Origin: a candidate division WOR-3 bacterium | Lineage (GTDB): Bacteria > Hydrothermota > Hydrothermia > JBDRYB01 | Direction of reading: 5' to 3' | Length of the DNA: 64,000 bases | NCBI GenBank assembly: GCA_039803205.1 | Contig: JBDRYB010000002.1 | Location: 32,001-96,000 of the forward strand | In this document: positions 38,560-48,532 of the stretch, one piece after another | Layout: every line of letters begins with the position of its first letter | Numbering within the stretch: the first letter of the stretch is position 1 | The notes under the pieces: generated by a model | The model's input: the letters and a program-made list of their open reading frames with translations, nothing else | The model's database searches: none | What the model was told of the DNA's origin: nothing | Position numbers and translations under genes: made by a program

Positions 38560-40650
38560 ATGAATCCTGTTATTTTTCTCATCTTCTTCACAGATGGAGC
38601 CTCTGTCTCGTGTCCTAGGGTTGATCGCTCGCCTGCTATAGACGGCATCCTTGAGGAATGCTGGTCAAAAGCGGATTCCGTGAGGGAATTTAAGGCTTTC
38701 AGGCCCTACTATGCTTCTGAGCCTTCAGAATCAACAACAGCATATCTGATGCACGATGATGAGAATCTATATATCGCTTTTAGGTGCCAGATAAAGGGAA
38801 GGGGGCCGGATATCCGCTTGACCATGAGGGATGGCGGGACTGGCGATGAGGTCAAGGTCATGCTTGATACTTACGGAACCGGAATAACGGGATACCGATT
38901 CGCTGTCTCCGCGGCAGGAACCCAATCTGACGCGAGGGTAACCGATGATGCCAGGTCCATGGACTTCTCGTGGGATGGGGTCTGGCGCCGAGGGGTTTGC
39001 CTGACGGATTCCTCGTTCACGGTTGAGATAGCGATTCCTTTCAAGGCCATAAGATACGGCCCCGGCCCTTGGGGAGTGTGCTTCATAAGGTCAACCCCCT
39101 CCCGGTCCGAAACAGCGATGTGGCCCCTGATGCCCCAGAACACGGATCTCAGGATGTCCCTCTTGGCGAGGGTTGATATAGAGCCTCCGAGACACAGGGG
39201 GCTTCACCTTGAGCTTTATCCGGTCGCCCTGGCCGGCAACTCATTTGTTTCCTCGGAGGATTACTCTTGGGAGAACCAAGGCTTTGACATCCGATACCAG
39301 CGCAAGGGCTTCTATTCCGAGGCCGGGCTTGATATGACATGGTCCCCTAGTCCATCAACGAGCCTTCAAGCAACCTTAAATCCTGATTTCGCGCAGATTG
39401 AGGCTGACCCTTTCCAGCTGAACCTCACCAAATACGAGCTCTGGTTAGCCGAAAAGAGGCCATTTTTCATAGAGGGAGCTGACATATTTGACTCACCCAT
39501 AAAGGTATTCTACTCCCGGAGGATAGGCCCTGGGTTATCCACGGGGGCAAAGCTATCCTCGTCCGGAAGCCGCTTTGAATACGGCGCTCTTCTCGCGAGA
39601 ACCGAGCCTTACACTGAAATGATCTCAGGGGACACCCTGGATTACCCATCAGGGCTTTACTATGTTGGGAAGGCGAAGATCAGGATATTCTCCAATTCAA
39701 ATACCGGCCTCATGGTCTCAGGCGCGGAGAGGGAAACCACATACAACAGGGCAGGTTGTCTTGGTTTGGCATTGAGGGGAGCATCCTGGGCCTTCAAGAA
39801 CGGCCTCGCCTTCTCTGATAGGGATGGGAAGACAGGAAAGGCTTTTACCAGCACCTTCAACCTCAGCGGAAAAACGCTTTACGCGGGCGCGGAGCTCAAC
39901 TGGTCCGAGGAGAGCTTTGATGTCTCGGAGATAGGTTTTTACCCATACTCAGGCTCAAAGAACCTGAATTTATATGCTGGGCCAGTTTTCTATCCGGAGA
40001 GAGGCCCTTTTTCCGAGATAAGGCTTGCCGGATCAGGGGGGTTGGGGGAGGAGAAAGGAGAGGATACCCTATCTTGGGGAATGGGGCCCGTTGGGGAGAT
40101 AAGCCTAAGAGGAGGGCAGGGCCTCGGTTTTCAGTGCATATGGAACAAGGGCTACGAACAGGGAAGGGTTTTCTGGGCCTGGAACCCCTCCATTGATTTT
40201 CACACTGATTGGCAGAAACCCGTTTATCTGTGGGCGATGGTTTGGCGGAGCTACGATTACAACTACATGAGGGGGTATTTCGCGCCCCAGCTTGGCGCTG
40301 AGCTCGCCATCAGATACACGATAAGGAGCGGCCTTGCCGTCTCCGCTAATATTAATATTTGGGCCGAAAAGAGGCCGGACAATTCCCTTGAGGCCATAAC
40401 AGTATCCCCAAGGCCCAAGCTCTCCTGGCTTCCCAAAAGCGGGATGAACATCTCCATTTACGCTGAGCCGGCTTTTACCGATGGAGATATTGAGAGAGTG
40501 GTCGGGGGCGCCCTATTTTCCTGGGAGTTCGCGCCTAAATCCTGGCTCTACCTGGTCTATAATCATGAAGCCGAGGATGACGGCACGGGCCGGATGATCG
40601 CAACGGGCTCCGCTTTCCAGATGAAGGTGAAGTATCTGTTGGTCATATGA
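38560..40650 (+). CDS. CBM9-like plus DUF5916 beta-barrel protein
   Basis: P.IDG.L.E.W, D.ENLYIAF, SWDGVW, EIAIPF, TLNPDFAQIEAD, EKRPFFIEG, FYSRRIG. Confidence 0.85.
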   Translation: MNPVIFLIFFTDGASVSCPRVDRSPAIDGILEECWSKADSVREFKAFRPYYASEPSESTTAYLMHDDENLYIAFRCQIKGRGPDIRLTMRDGGTGDEVKVMLDTYGTGITGYRFAVSAAGTQSDARVTDDARSMDFSWDGVWRRGVCLTDSSFTVEIAIPFKAIRYGPGPWGVCFIRSTPSRSETAMWPLMPQNTDLRMSLLARVDIEPPRHRGLHLELYPVALAGNSFVSSEDYSWENQGFDIRYQRKGFYSEAGLDMTWSPSPSTSLQATLNPDFAQIEADPFQLNLTKYELWLAEKRPFFIEGADIFDSPIKVFYSRRIGPGLSTGAKLSSSGSRFEYGALLARTEPYTEMISGDTLDYPSGLYYVGKAKIRIFSNSNTGLMVSGAERETTYNRAGCLGLALRGASWAFKNGLAFSDRDGKTGKAFTSTFNLSGKTLYAGAELNWSEESFDVSEIGFYPYSGSKNLNLYAGPVFYPERGPFSEIRLAGSGGLGEEKGEDTLSWGMGPVGEISLRGGQGLGFQCIWNKGYEQGRVFWAWNPSIDFHTDWQKPVYLWAMVWRSYDYNYMRGYFAPQLGAELAIRYTIRSGLAVSANINIWAEKRPDNSLEAITVSPRPKLSWLPKSGMNISIYAEPAFTDGDIERVVGGALFSWEFAPKSWLYLVYNHEAEDDGTGRMIATGSAFQMKVKYLLVI

Positions 40651-40654
40651 TTGG

Positions 40655-42724
40655 CTACCCTTGCCTCACAACAGTGTTCCTCTCAAACTGCAAGGAATAG
40701 AGGTAATAGTAAAATCCCTTTCTTTGAATGAGCTCCTCGTGGTTTCCCTCCTCAACAAGCCTGCCGTTCTGGATTACCAAGATCTTATCCGCCTCCCTTA
40801 TTGTTGATAGCCTGTGAGCGACCACAAAAGATGTCCTGCCCCGCAGGAGCTTCCTGAGGGAACGCTGAATTATCTCCTCTGTCTCCTGGTCTATGTTGGC
40901 TGTTGCCTCGTCGAGGAGGAGTATTTTCGGGTCAAAGGCCAAAGCCCTGGCAAACGCGAGGAGTTGGCGTTGACCCTGGGAGAGGGTTGACCCTCTTTCG
41001 GCCACCCTGGCTTTGTATCCGCCATCAAGGCGCTCTATGAACCTGTCCGCGTCAACTGCTTTTGCTGATTCTATGACCTTCTCAATGGGGATGTCCGATC
41101 TGAGCCTTATGTTTCCCTCTATTGTCCCAGAGAAAACGAATATGTCCTGCTGGACAAGGGCCATCCTTGACCTGAGCTCCCGAAGGGGGATGTCCCTTAT
41201 GTCCGTCCCGTCTATGAGGATCCTTCCCCTCTGGGGGTCGTGGAAGCGCAGGAGAAGCTTTATTATGGTGGTCTTGCCAGCCCCGGTTGGCCCGACTATG
41301 GCGATCGTCTGACCGGGGAGGGCCTCAAAGCTTATATCCCTGAGAACCCAGTTCTCGCCCTCGTATGCGAACCAAACCCCTTCAAACCTTACTTGGCCCT
41401 TCACATCAGAGGGCATGATTTTGCCTCCGGATGGCTCTTCGGGCCCATCCATTATCTTGAATATCCTCTCGCCCGCCGCGAACGCGGATTGCATTATGTT
41501 ATATTTTTCAGAGAGGTCCCTTATTGGTGCGAACAGCATCTCTATATATGAGAGAAAGGCTACGAGCGCTCCAAAGGAGAGGGCCCCCCGGATTATCTCC
41601 CCTCCGCCATACCAGAGGATTATGGCCACTGCAATTGCATCCGAAAGGTCCATTAGGGGCCTGAATGTTCCGAAAACATAGAGCTGTTTTATGAATGCCT
41701 TGTATAGGTCGTAGTTTATCCGCCTGAACTTCTCCGTCATCCTGCCCTCCTGGACAAAAGCCTGGATCACGGATATTCCGGACACTGATTCCTGAAGGGT
41801 CGCGTTGACCTGCGCGAGGTATTTCCTTACCTCTCGGTAAGCCTCCCTCGCGTAGCGCCTGAAGAGAAAGGTTGATACACCGAGAAGGGGAACTATTGCC
41901 ATCATAGCCCCGGTGAGCCGGATGTTCATTCTGATCATTATCACTATTATCCCAATAACGAGGAGAGCGTCCTTGATGAGATACACGAGCACAGAGGAGA
42001 AGAACTCGTTTATGGATTCAACATCGTTCGTTGCCCTGGTGACGAGCCTGCCAACCGGGTTCGCGGAGAAAAACTCAACTGGGCTCCTCAGGAACTTGCT
42101 GAAGATGTCCTGACGGAGGTCCGCCATTCCCCTCTGACTAACCTTCTGCAGGGTATAGACCTGGCCGAAGTTCAAAATCAGATTAAGCGTTAGTATGAGA
42201 AACAGAGCCAGGCCTATCCAGCCAACCCCCCTGAGGTGTCCAGCCCTAACCCTTGATATCAGGCTCCTGTCGTATTCCTTTAGCCTTGAGTAAGCGATAA
42301 AGCTCCCCTCTTTTAGGACGATCAGGTCCCCCTTTTGGAGGCTCTCTGAGAGCTCAGGTGGCACAGGGATGTATCGCTCAGAGCTGAGAAGCCCCCTTGC
42401 CTCAAGCTCGCGCCTCTGAGACTGGGGAATCTCAGGAAGGTTCACCATGAACCCGCCCTCAGGAATGGGGATAAGCCGGGCGCCGCGCAGGAGATCGGGA
42501 GGCGCGTTTTCGCTTATTATTGCCCATGAGGGCATTATGTAGCGGTCAACAGCGATCCTGGTCAAGAGAGGCGGAACAAGTTCTCCCAGTGTGAGCAATC
42601 CCATGAAAAGGAGGGACAGCAGAAGCAGGGGCCAGTATGGCTTCAGATACCTGGTGAGCCTCAGCATTAGCCTGGTGTCCATGGCCTGCGGAGCGTCGTC
42701 GGTGAAGGTGGGATGGTAGCTCAT
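40655..42724 (-). CDS. ABC exporter, fused permease/ATPase (MdlB-like)
   Basis: PVGRLVTRATNDVE, GPTGAGKTT, LSQGQRQ, LLLDEATA, VAHRLST. Confidence 0.93.
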   Translation of the reverse strand: MSYHPTFTDDAPQAMDTRLMLRLTRYLKPYWPLLLLSLLFMGLLTLGELVPPLLTRIAVDRYIMPSWAIISENAPPDLLRGARLIPIPEGGFMVNLPEIPQSQRRELEARGLLSSERYIPVPPELSESLQKGDLIVLKEGSFIAYSRLKEYDRSLISRVRAGHLRGVGWIGLALFLILTLNLILNFGQVYTLQKVSQRGMADLRQDIFSKFLRSPVEFFSANPVGRLVTRATNDVESINEFFSSVLVYLIKDALLVIGIIVIMIRMNIRLTGAMMAIVPLLGVSTFLFRRYAREAYREVRKYLAQVNATLQESVSGISVIQAFVQEGRMTEKFRRINYDLYKAFIKQLYVFGTFRPLMDLSDAIAVAIILWYGGGEIIRGALSFGALVAFLSYIEMLFAPIRDLSEKYNIMQSAFAAGERIFKIMDGPEEPSGGKIMPSDVKGQVRFEGVWFAYEGENWVLRDISFEALPGQTIAIVGPTGAGKTTIIKLLLRFHDPQRGRILIDGTDIRDIPLRELRSRMALVQQDIFVFSGTIEGNIRLRSDIPIEKVIESAKAVDADRFIERLDGGYKARVAERGSTLSQGQRQLLAFARALAFDPKILLLDEATANIDQETEEIIQRSLRKLLRGRTSFVVAHRLSTIREADKILVIQNGRLVEEGNHEELIQRKGFYYYLYSLQFERNTVVRQG

Positions 42725-42738
42725 GCGAGTGCTCCTAC

Positions 42739-42856
42739 TTGATCGTTCCTGGCAAAAACACTATAATATAGGCCTGCGTTAGAAGCTTTTAGAACCGGGG
42801 GGGCAGTGTCGGCTGTGGCTTCTGCCTCAGTTTCGGCTGCCCCCGAATTTTTTCTT
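42739..42856 (+). promoter_or_regulatory. Sigma70 promoter and structured, terminator-like leader of the NYN gene
   Basis: TTGATC (42739-44), 17 nt, TATAAT (42762-67); hairpin GGGGGCAG/CTGCCCCC within 42796-42845, followed by AATTTTTTCTT. Confidence 0.6.
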
Positions 42857-42858
42857 GT

Positions 42859-43386
42859 ATGGAAAAACGGACGATTATCTTCATAGACGCCCAGGCACTT
42901 CTCAAGGGGGCATGGAAAGCATGTAAAAAAGATTTTCGTGTGAATCACTTCAATCTGATCAAGGACCTCTCCCTGAACAGGGACCTCATAAGGGTCTACA
43001 TGTATGACGGCATATATCCTGAGGAAGCTATCCAATTTGCTGAGGAGAGAAGAAAAAAGCTTGCCTGGGCCAGCGAATTCTGGGGCAGGGGGATAACTGT
43101 CAAACTCATTGATATGAGAGAATCCGGGAGGGGAACATACAGACAAAAGGGTGTTGATGTGCGTATTGCCTCGGATATGCTCACCCTCGCGTTCCGAGAC
43201 GCGTATGATGTTGCTGTTCTCGTTTCCGGAGACGGGGATTTCGGCGAGGTCATTGACGAGATAAAGGGCATGGGAAAGAGAGTTGAGGTGGCCTATTACA
43301 GAGAAGGTTTTTCTGAGCGGCTTAAGGAATCCGCTGATAAAATAATCTACCTCCAGGATCTGCCCAGCTTCAAGGGATGCTCCTGA
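42859..43386 (+). CDS. NYN (LabA/DUF88, PIN-like) domain ribonuclease
   Basis: IFID, QKGVDV.IA.DM, AVLVSGDGDF, GKRVEV, S..L..SAD. Confidence 0.9.
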   Translation: MEKRTIIFIDAQALLKGAWKACKKDFRVNHFNLIKDLSLNRDLIRVYMYDGIYPEEAIQFAEERRKKLAWASEFWGRGITVKLIDMRESGRGTYRQKGVDVRIASDMLTLAFRDAYDVAVLVSGDGDFGEVIDEIKGMGKRVEVAYYREGFSERLKESADKIIYLQDLPSFKGCS

Positions 43387-43394
43387 CCAGCAGA

Positions 43395-43754
43395 TCATAC
43401 CCTCATCCTCCAGGCCGCATATAACCCTATTGCCCCGTGGGGAAGATACTCCGCCCACCACTTGCCGCAGAAAGAGGCGAATACCCCTATTACCAGCACG
43501 AAGCCCACAACCGCCACGGCCAGGATCATATGAAAGAGCCTCGGCAGTTTCGCCATCCTGAGGAATCCAACCGTGTATTTGCCGATCATGTATATCATGA
43601 ATGAGACGAGGGCAAGCCCTATCCTCAGGTAGGCGAAGCTGTCATCTATCTCAAGGGGCCTCTCCCTGAAAATGGGGAACAAGACCGGCGCCGGCAGGGC
43701 GCTCAGACCACCGAGCACGATCTTGAAGATGGTTTCAGTTTCCAATTTCGCCAT
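43395..43754 (-). CDS. Small membrane protein
   Basis: Three to four hydrophobic segments; overlaps the end of the upstream nuclease gene. Confidence 0.55.
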   Translation of the reverse strand: MAKLETETIFKIVLGGLSALPAPVLFPIFRERPLEIDDSFAYLRIGLALVSFMIYMIGKYTVGFLRMAKLPRLFHMILAVAVVGFVLVIGVFASFCGKWWAEYLPHGAIGLYAAWRMRV

Positions 43755-44388
43755 GGGCAAGAAGGGATTCGGGCAAGTAGAGCTCCTGAGCGGACGCGTT
43801 GAATTCGTGCTTGAGGTTCACCTTCAGGTTCTCAAGGGTGTATATCTCATAAGATACGGGAACAAAGAGGTTTTCTCCTTCTTTTTTCATTCCGAAAGCC
43901 ACGAGAATATGCGGCGCATCCTTGGTGATCTTGAAGTCCTCAGAGGGGGAGAGATAGAAAACTCGTAGCCCGCCACCCCTTTCCTCTTCGGAATTAAAGG
44001 TTTTACATTCAAGATAAACCGGAATACCTTTCCATTCTAATTCAAAGTCCGGATACCCAGCGGGTTTCTTCCTTCCTGATCTCGCAATCGGCCTCTGAGC
44101 CGGGATCTCCACAGATCTCAAGCCTTCAAGAACAAAATCCTCTATTTTATTACCAGCTTCGTTTGGTCTTTTTGTCTTTATGCCTTCTTCTTTAGCCTTA
44201 GCGCCGGCTATCTGGATTGCTCTTTCAAGATTACTGATGAAATCTTCGGCCCAATCCATGCTTTCGTAAATCGGGAGTATCCTGTGACCGGAGAGAACCT
44301 TGATAACAACTGTAAAAGGAATATCTCTGACAGGAGACAGAAATTTCTTCAGGGTTTCCTCCAATTGTTTAATGTATTCCTCTTGCAT
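43735..44388 (-). CDS. Putative PD-(D/E)XK restriction endonuclease
   Basis: NEAGNKIE...GYPDFEL......YLECKT; abuts the methyltransferase stop; GGAGG SD. Confidence 0.65.
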   Translation of the reverse strand: MQEEYIKQLEETLKKFLSPVRDIPFTVVIKVLSGHRILPIYESMDWAEDFISNLERAIQIAGAKAKEEGIKTKRPNEAGNKIEDFVLEGLRSVEIPAQRPIARSGRKKPAGYPDFELEWKGIPVYLECKTFNSEEERGGGLRVFYLSPSEDFKITKDAPHILVAFGMKKEGENLFVPVSYEIYTLENLKVNLKHEFNASAQELYLPESLLAHGEIGN

Positions 44389-45630
44389 TTAACCCTCCTT
44401 CAAGAAAATAAGGATGTTCTCCCTTTGCATCACATTGTAAAGCCCAAAGATTATCTTGTCTATGTTTTTTATCAGTCTGAGGCCGCACTTCTCGCACTCT
44501 CTGATTACAAATTCCACGGTATTGATGAGCTTTCCCTGATAAGTCGCATTGCCTATGACCAGGCTCGCGTATTTACCCGGTTTGAGAACTCTAGCCATCT
44601 CCTTGATTGCTTCCTTCATATCCTCGTTGTAAAGTCTAACCCTCTCGTCTCCTCGGCCTCTGACACCTATAACTGATTCCCTGAATAGGGTTACATCCTT
44701 GCCGAGATACTTTAGGGCATGCGCGTCATTAGCTACATAATCCAGAGCGATGGAATAGGGGGGCGAAGTTATGATCCCGTCCACGGAATCATCCTTCAAG
44801 GGCAAGCGCCTAGCATCAACCTCGCAGATTTCAGTTTTGCCAAGCCTGATTCCAAGCTCCTGAACCACATCCTGGTAGTCCTCAACCGAAGAAAGCATCA
44901 GGGAGATGCCCTTGAGAAAGGACGGGATAAAGGGCCTTCTCCTTCTTTCCGTGTCGCTTACAGCCAGTAGGAAACCCATCAGGTAAAAGTTGCGGACGGG
45001 TTCTTTCTCTATGTTCATTATGAAATCCAGCATGTCCTTCTCGTGGTTTCCCCTGAGTAGCCTGTTGGCCTCGGCCTGGATATCCCGAAAGAACTCTTTT
45101 ATCTCCCGAAGGAACAGAACGGATTCGGTTTTAACCCTGGTCTGGAGAACGCAAAGGGGCGATATATCAAGACATACTGAGTTTATACCCAACAACTGGG
45201 CTTCCAGGGCAAGGGTTCCGGAGCCGACAAAAGGATCGAGGACGGTTTGGCCCTCAGAGAGCCCCATTATGTTCAGAAGAGCTCTTATCATCTGGGGATG
45301 GAACTTGCCCTTGTAGGGGTATATCCAGTGAGTCAGATACTGGTTTATGGACCTGGTTCGGTTCTTACTAACGATAAACGGATAAACGCTTTCCTTGTCC
45401 CCTATGGACTGGAAATAGGCTGTGCGCTTGCAGAAGCGTTCATCATCTCCTCCCCATGCTCTTATCCTTCTCAGGCTGTTCTCAACTAGGAACTCATAAC
45501 CAAAAGCAGAGAGCTCAAGTTGCGCGAGCGCGAGCTCGTAAATGAACTGCACATTGGGCATGAGAACAGCCACAGTTCCTGTCTGAACATCAGGGGGGTT
45601 CGCCCTCTCGGAGAAATGCCAGCTCCTCAT
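44389..45630 (-). CDS. DNA methyltransferase (alpha-class order, probable N4-cytosine)
   Basis: THWIYPYKGKFHPQM, LDPFVGSGT preceding ITSPPY, RVLKPG. Confidence 0.88.
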   Translation of the reverse strand: MRSWHFSERANPPDVQTGTVAVLMPNVQFIYELALAQLELSAFGYEFLVENSLRRIRAWGGDDERFCKRTAYFQSIGDKESVYPFIVSKNRTRSINQYLTHWIYPYKGKFHPQMIRALLNIMGLSEGQTVLDPFVGSGTLALEAQLLGINSVCLDISPLCVLQTRVKTESVLFLREIKEFFRDIQAEANRLLRGNHEKDMLDFIMNIEKEPVRNFYLMGFLLAVSDTERRRRPFIPSFLKGISLMLSSVEDYQDVVQELGIRLGKTEICEVDARRLPLKDDSVDGIITSPPYSIALDYVANDAHALKYLGKDVTLFRESVIGVRGRGDERVRLYNEDMKEAIKEMARVLKPGKYASLVIGNATYQGKLINTVEFVIRECEKCGLRLIKNIDKIIFGLYNVMQRENILIFLKEG

Positions 45631-47072
45631 TTCCAATCCATATACTCAGCCTCGGGATACCCTTCCAGCTTGAACGATGTATCCGCTACCACGACCAAAA
45701 CGAAGTTCTCCGGATCAAAGTATGACCTGGCCGCGGAATTGACCTCATCAAGGCTCAGGTTTGATATGGCGAGGATGTCCTCTATCCAGTATAGGTCCGG
45801 TAGTCCAAAAACCTTGCCTTGCATCACGAGGCCAGCGACCTGGCCGTATGTCTCGCCTGAGCGGGCTATTGATCCCCGGTAATACTTCTTCGCGGCCTCG
45901 AGCTCTTCCTGGGTGAAACCCTTGTTCCTCGCGTCCGCTATGAGGGAGAGGAGCTCGGATATCGCTTGATTCCCTGACGAGGTTTTGGTCTCAAGCCCAG
46001 CATAGAATATTCCCGGATAAACGCTATCGCCAAAGACGAACCCAGGGCTATAATAGCCGAATACGGAGTAAGCGAAGCCCAGCTCAACCCTTATCCTTTT
46101 GGTTATTCGGGATGAGAAGCCCGATCCACCCAGGATGTAATTCGCTGTCCTCAGAGCGTTGTAATCCGGCGATGTCCTCGTTATGCCCCTCGCGCCGAGG
46201 GCTATGTAGCACTGGTTTATCTCCGGCATCCTGACAACCTTAACACGCTTCCCCTCTATTTTTGGTGGAGGGGCAAGCGTTGGAAGGGGCTTTCCTGGGT
46301 TCTTCCATCCCCCAAGATGCCTCTCAACGAGGGAGACAGCCGAATCAGGAGGGAGGTCTGAAACCACTACAACCCTCGTTCTGGCAGGGCAATACCAATC
46401 CTTGTAAAACCCCTTCACATCCTCAAGGGTTATCCTTGAGACCGTGGAATCATAGCCTATGACAGGGTGAGCAAGGGGATGTCCATCGTAGACTGTCTCA
46501 TCAAAGCTCCAGTCTAGGACCGTGTTCGGGTCGCTCTTAGCTGAGTATATTGATGATACGGTCCTCTTTCTGAGCCTCGTGAACTCATCCTTCTTGAAGT
46601 CAGGTGAAGTGATAATTTTTGCAAGGACGCCGAGGAGCGCGTCCGTGTCCGTAGAAAGGCATTTAAGGGACAGCTCCGTGGATGCCTTTCCCACATTTAT
46701 CCAGAACCTCGCGCCAACGCTCTCAAAGGTATCAGCTATATCCTCAGAGGAAAGTCCGCCAGCCCCCTCGTCAAGCATGTCTCCGGTCATCCCGGCCAGC
46801 CCCTCCTTACCAAGGGGATCCAGCACGCTCCCGGCCTCTATCTCCATCTCAAGGTGGAATATGGGGAGTTTTGATTTCCTGACGGCTATCACCAGAAGGC
46901 CATTATCAAGGGTTTTCTCCGTCTTCTCAAGCGTGAAGCGCTGAGGATCTAAACTCCAGGCCTTCGTCATATGGACCTCCGTCTTTTCGGGCCCGCAGGC
47001 CAGAAACGATCCGAGAAAAATGAAGGGCCAGAGCCGCATCAAGGCTTTTTCCGCAGGTTTTTCCTTCGTCAT
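45627..47072 (-). CDS. M16 peptidase, non-catalytic subunit
   Basis: LDNGL, GS..DP.GKEGLA without HxxEH; ILGGSGFSSRI..IRVELG.AY. Confidence 0.88.
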   Translation of the reverse strand: MTKEKPAEKALMRLWPFIFLGSFLACGPEKTEVHMTKAWSLDPQRFTLEKTEKTLDNGLLVIAVRKSKLPIFHLEMEIEAGSVLDPLGKEGLAGMTGDMLDEGAGGLSSEDIADTFESVGARFWINVGKASTELSLKCLSTDTDALLGVLAKIITSPDFKKDEFTRLRKRTVSSIYSAKSDPNTVLDWSFDETVYDGHPLAHPVIGYDSTVSRITLEDVKGFYKDWYCPARTRVVVVSDLPPDSAVSLVERHLGGWKNPGKPLPTLAPPPKIEGKRVKVVRMPEINQCYIALGARGITRTSPDYNALRTANYILGGSGFSSRITKRIRVELGFAYSVFGYYSPGFVFGDSVYPGIFYAGLETKTSSGNQAISELLSLIADARNKGFTQEELEAAKKYYRGSIARSGETYGQVAGLVMQGKVFGLPDLYWIEDILAISNLSLDEVNSAARSYFDPENFVLVVVADTSFKLEGYPEAEYMDWK

Positions 47073-47080
47073 GGTGCTCC

Positions 47081-48436
47081 TTAGTATTTGAACTCCTTCT
47101 TCTGTCCCTCCTCCATCATCTTTATATATTCTCCTATGTCTTCTGGCGCCTTGGGCAGTAGGACTACGACTGACCTGTTTTCCTGGGTTAGATATTTCCT
47201 CGCCACATTCATGATCTCTTCGGCCGTCACAGCGGCAACCCTTTCCGGATAACGATTTATGTAATCAGGATCCCCCTGTATAGCGGCAGCGTTCCCTATT
47301 GAGAAAGCCGTGCCAGCCGCGGATTCCTGCTCATAGATGTTTTCGGCTATGGCCTGCCTTGCGGCCTTCCTCAGCTCCTCCTCAGAAACCCCTCCCTCTT
47401 TGATCCTGATGATCTCCTTATCTATGATCTTCTCAACATCCTTTGGGTCCTTGCCCTGCTGGAGCACGGCGCCGACGACAAGGAGCCCTGGGTCCACGCT
47501 CTCATCCGTATATGCCCAGACAGATGTGGCTAGCTCCTGATCCCTCACTATCTCTCTGTATAGACGGGAGCTCTTTCCGCCGCCAAGAAGGGTGGCCAGC
47601 ACATCAAGGGCAGGTATGTCCGGATGGGTGGCCTCAGGGATATGGTATGCGGAGAGGTAGATGCTCATGAACCCCTCTTTGTGGACAACAGTCCGCCTCT
47701 CGCCTTTCTGCGGAGGTTCCTTGGCTGTGACTGGGGGAACTGGAACCAAAGGCCTCGGTATCTTCCCAAAGTGTTTCTTCGCCATCTCAAACGCGTCCTC
47801 GGCCCTCACATCTCCAGCTATGACTAGGATGGCATTGTCGGGCCTGTAGAATGTCTCGTAAAATCTCCTTGTATCATCAAGGGTAATTGAGGCTATGACA
47901 GAACCCCAGCCAATAACAGGATGCCTGTATGGGTGAACCATGTATGCCGTTGCCCAGAGGTTTTCCCAAGCGGTTCCGAAAGGGCTATTGTCCGTTCGCC
48001 ACCTCCTCTCTTCCATGACCACATCGCGCTCCGCGAGGAATTCGTTAAATACCAGGTTGACCATCCTGTCGGCCTCCATCATGAGGGGCACATCCAAGGC
48101 ATCCGCGGGCACAACGCAGTGATACACCGTGACATCCCTATCAGTGAAAGCATTATCCGAGCCACCAAGCTGATCTATTATCTCCGAATAATTGCCCTGA
48201 ACCCCGGCTGATCCCTTGAACATCATGTGCTCGGTCAGGTGAGCGAGGCCTGTCTCATTGTAGCTTTCGTTCCTGGAACCAACTTTATACCACACCTGGA
48301 CAGCCACAACCGGCGCGGAGTGATCCTCCACCACTATGACCATAAGGCCATTATCGAGGGTCTTTGTCTTGAACCTTACAGGCAAAACCTCAGGTAGCTC
48401 TGTTGCCGCGATCATCATAAAAATTGCTCCTGTCAA
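47081..48436 (-). CDS. M16 (pitrilysin-family) zinc peptidase, catalytic subunit
   Basis: WYKVGSRNE..TGLAHLTEHMMFKG, NAFT, ER.VV.EERR, HPYRHPVIG. Confidence 0.93.
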   Translation of the reverse strand: MTGAIFMMIAATELPEVLPVRFKTKTLDNGLMVIVVEDHSAPVVAVQVWYKVGSRNESYNETGLAHLTEHMMFKGSAGVQGNYSEIIDQLGGSDNAFTDRDVTVYHCVVPADALDVPLMMEADRMVNLVFNEFLAERDVVMEERRWRTDNSPFGTAWENLWATAYMVHPYRHPVIGWGSVIASITLDDTRRFYETFYRPDNAILVIAGDVRAEDAFEMAKKHFGKIPRPLVPVPPVTAKEPPQKGERRTVVHKEGFMSIYLSAYHIPEATHPDIPALDVLATLLGGGKSSRLYREIVRDQELATSVWAYTDESVDPGLLVVGAVLQQGKDPKDVEKIIDKEIIRIKEGGVSEEELRKAARQAIAENIYEQESAAGTAFSIGNAAAIQGDPDYINRYPERVAAVTAEEIMNVARKYLTQENRSVVVLLPKAPEDIGEYIKMMEEGQKKEFKY

Positions 48437-48532
48437 AGCAGGACCTCCTATGGCTTGAAATTATAAAGCTTTTAGCCTGGACAGGCCAATTGCCATGCAA
48501 ATGTCCGGACCCTAGCTTTATCCTTTTGGGCT

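Noticed and set aside
42721..43461. 246-aa minus-strand ORF
   Set aside because: Antisense to the motif-supported NYN gene, with no recognisable domain.
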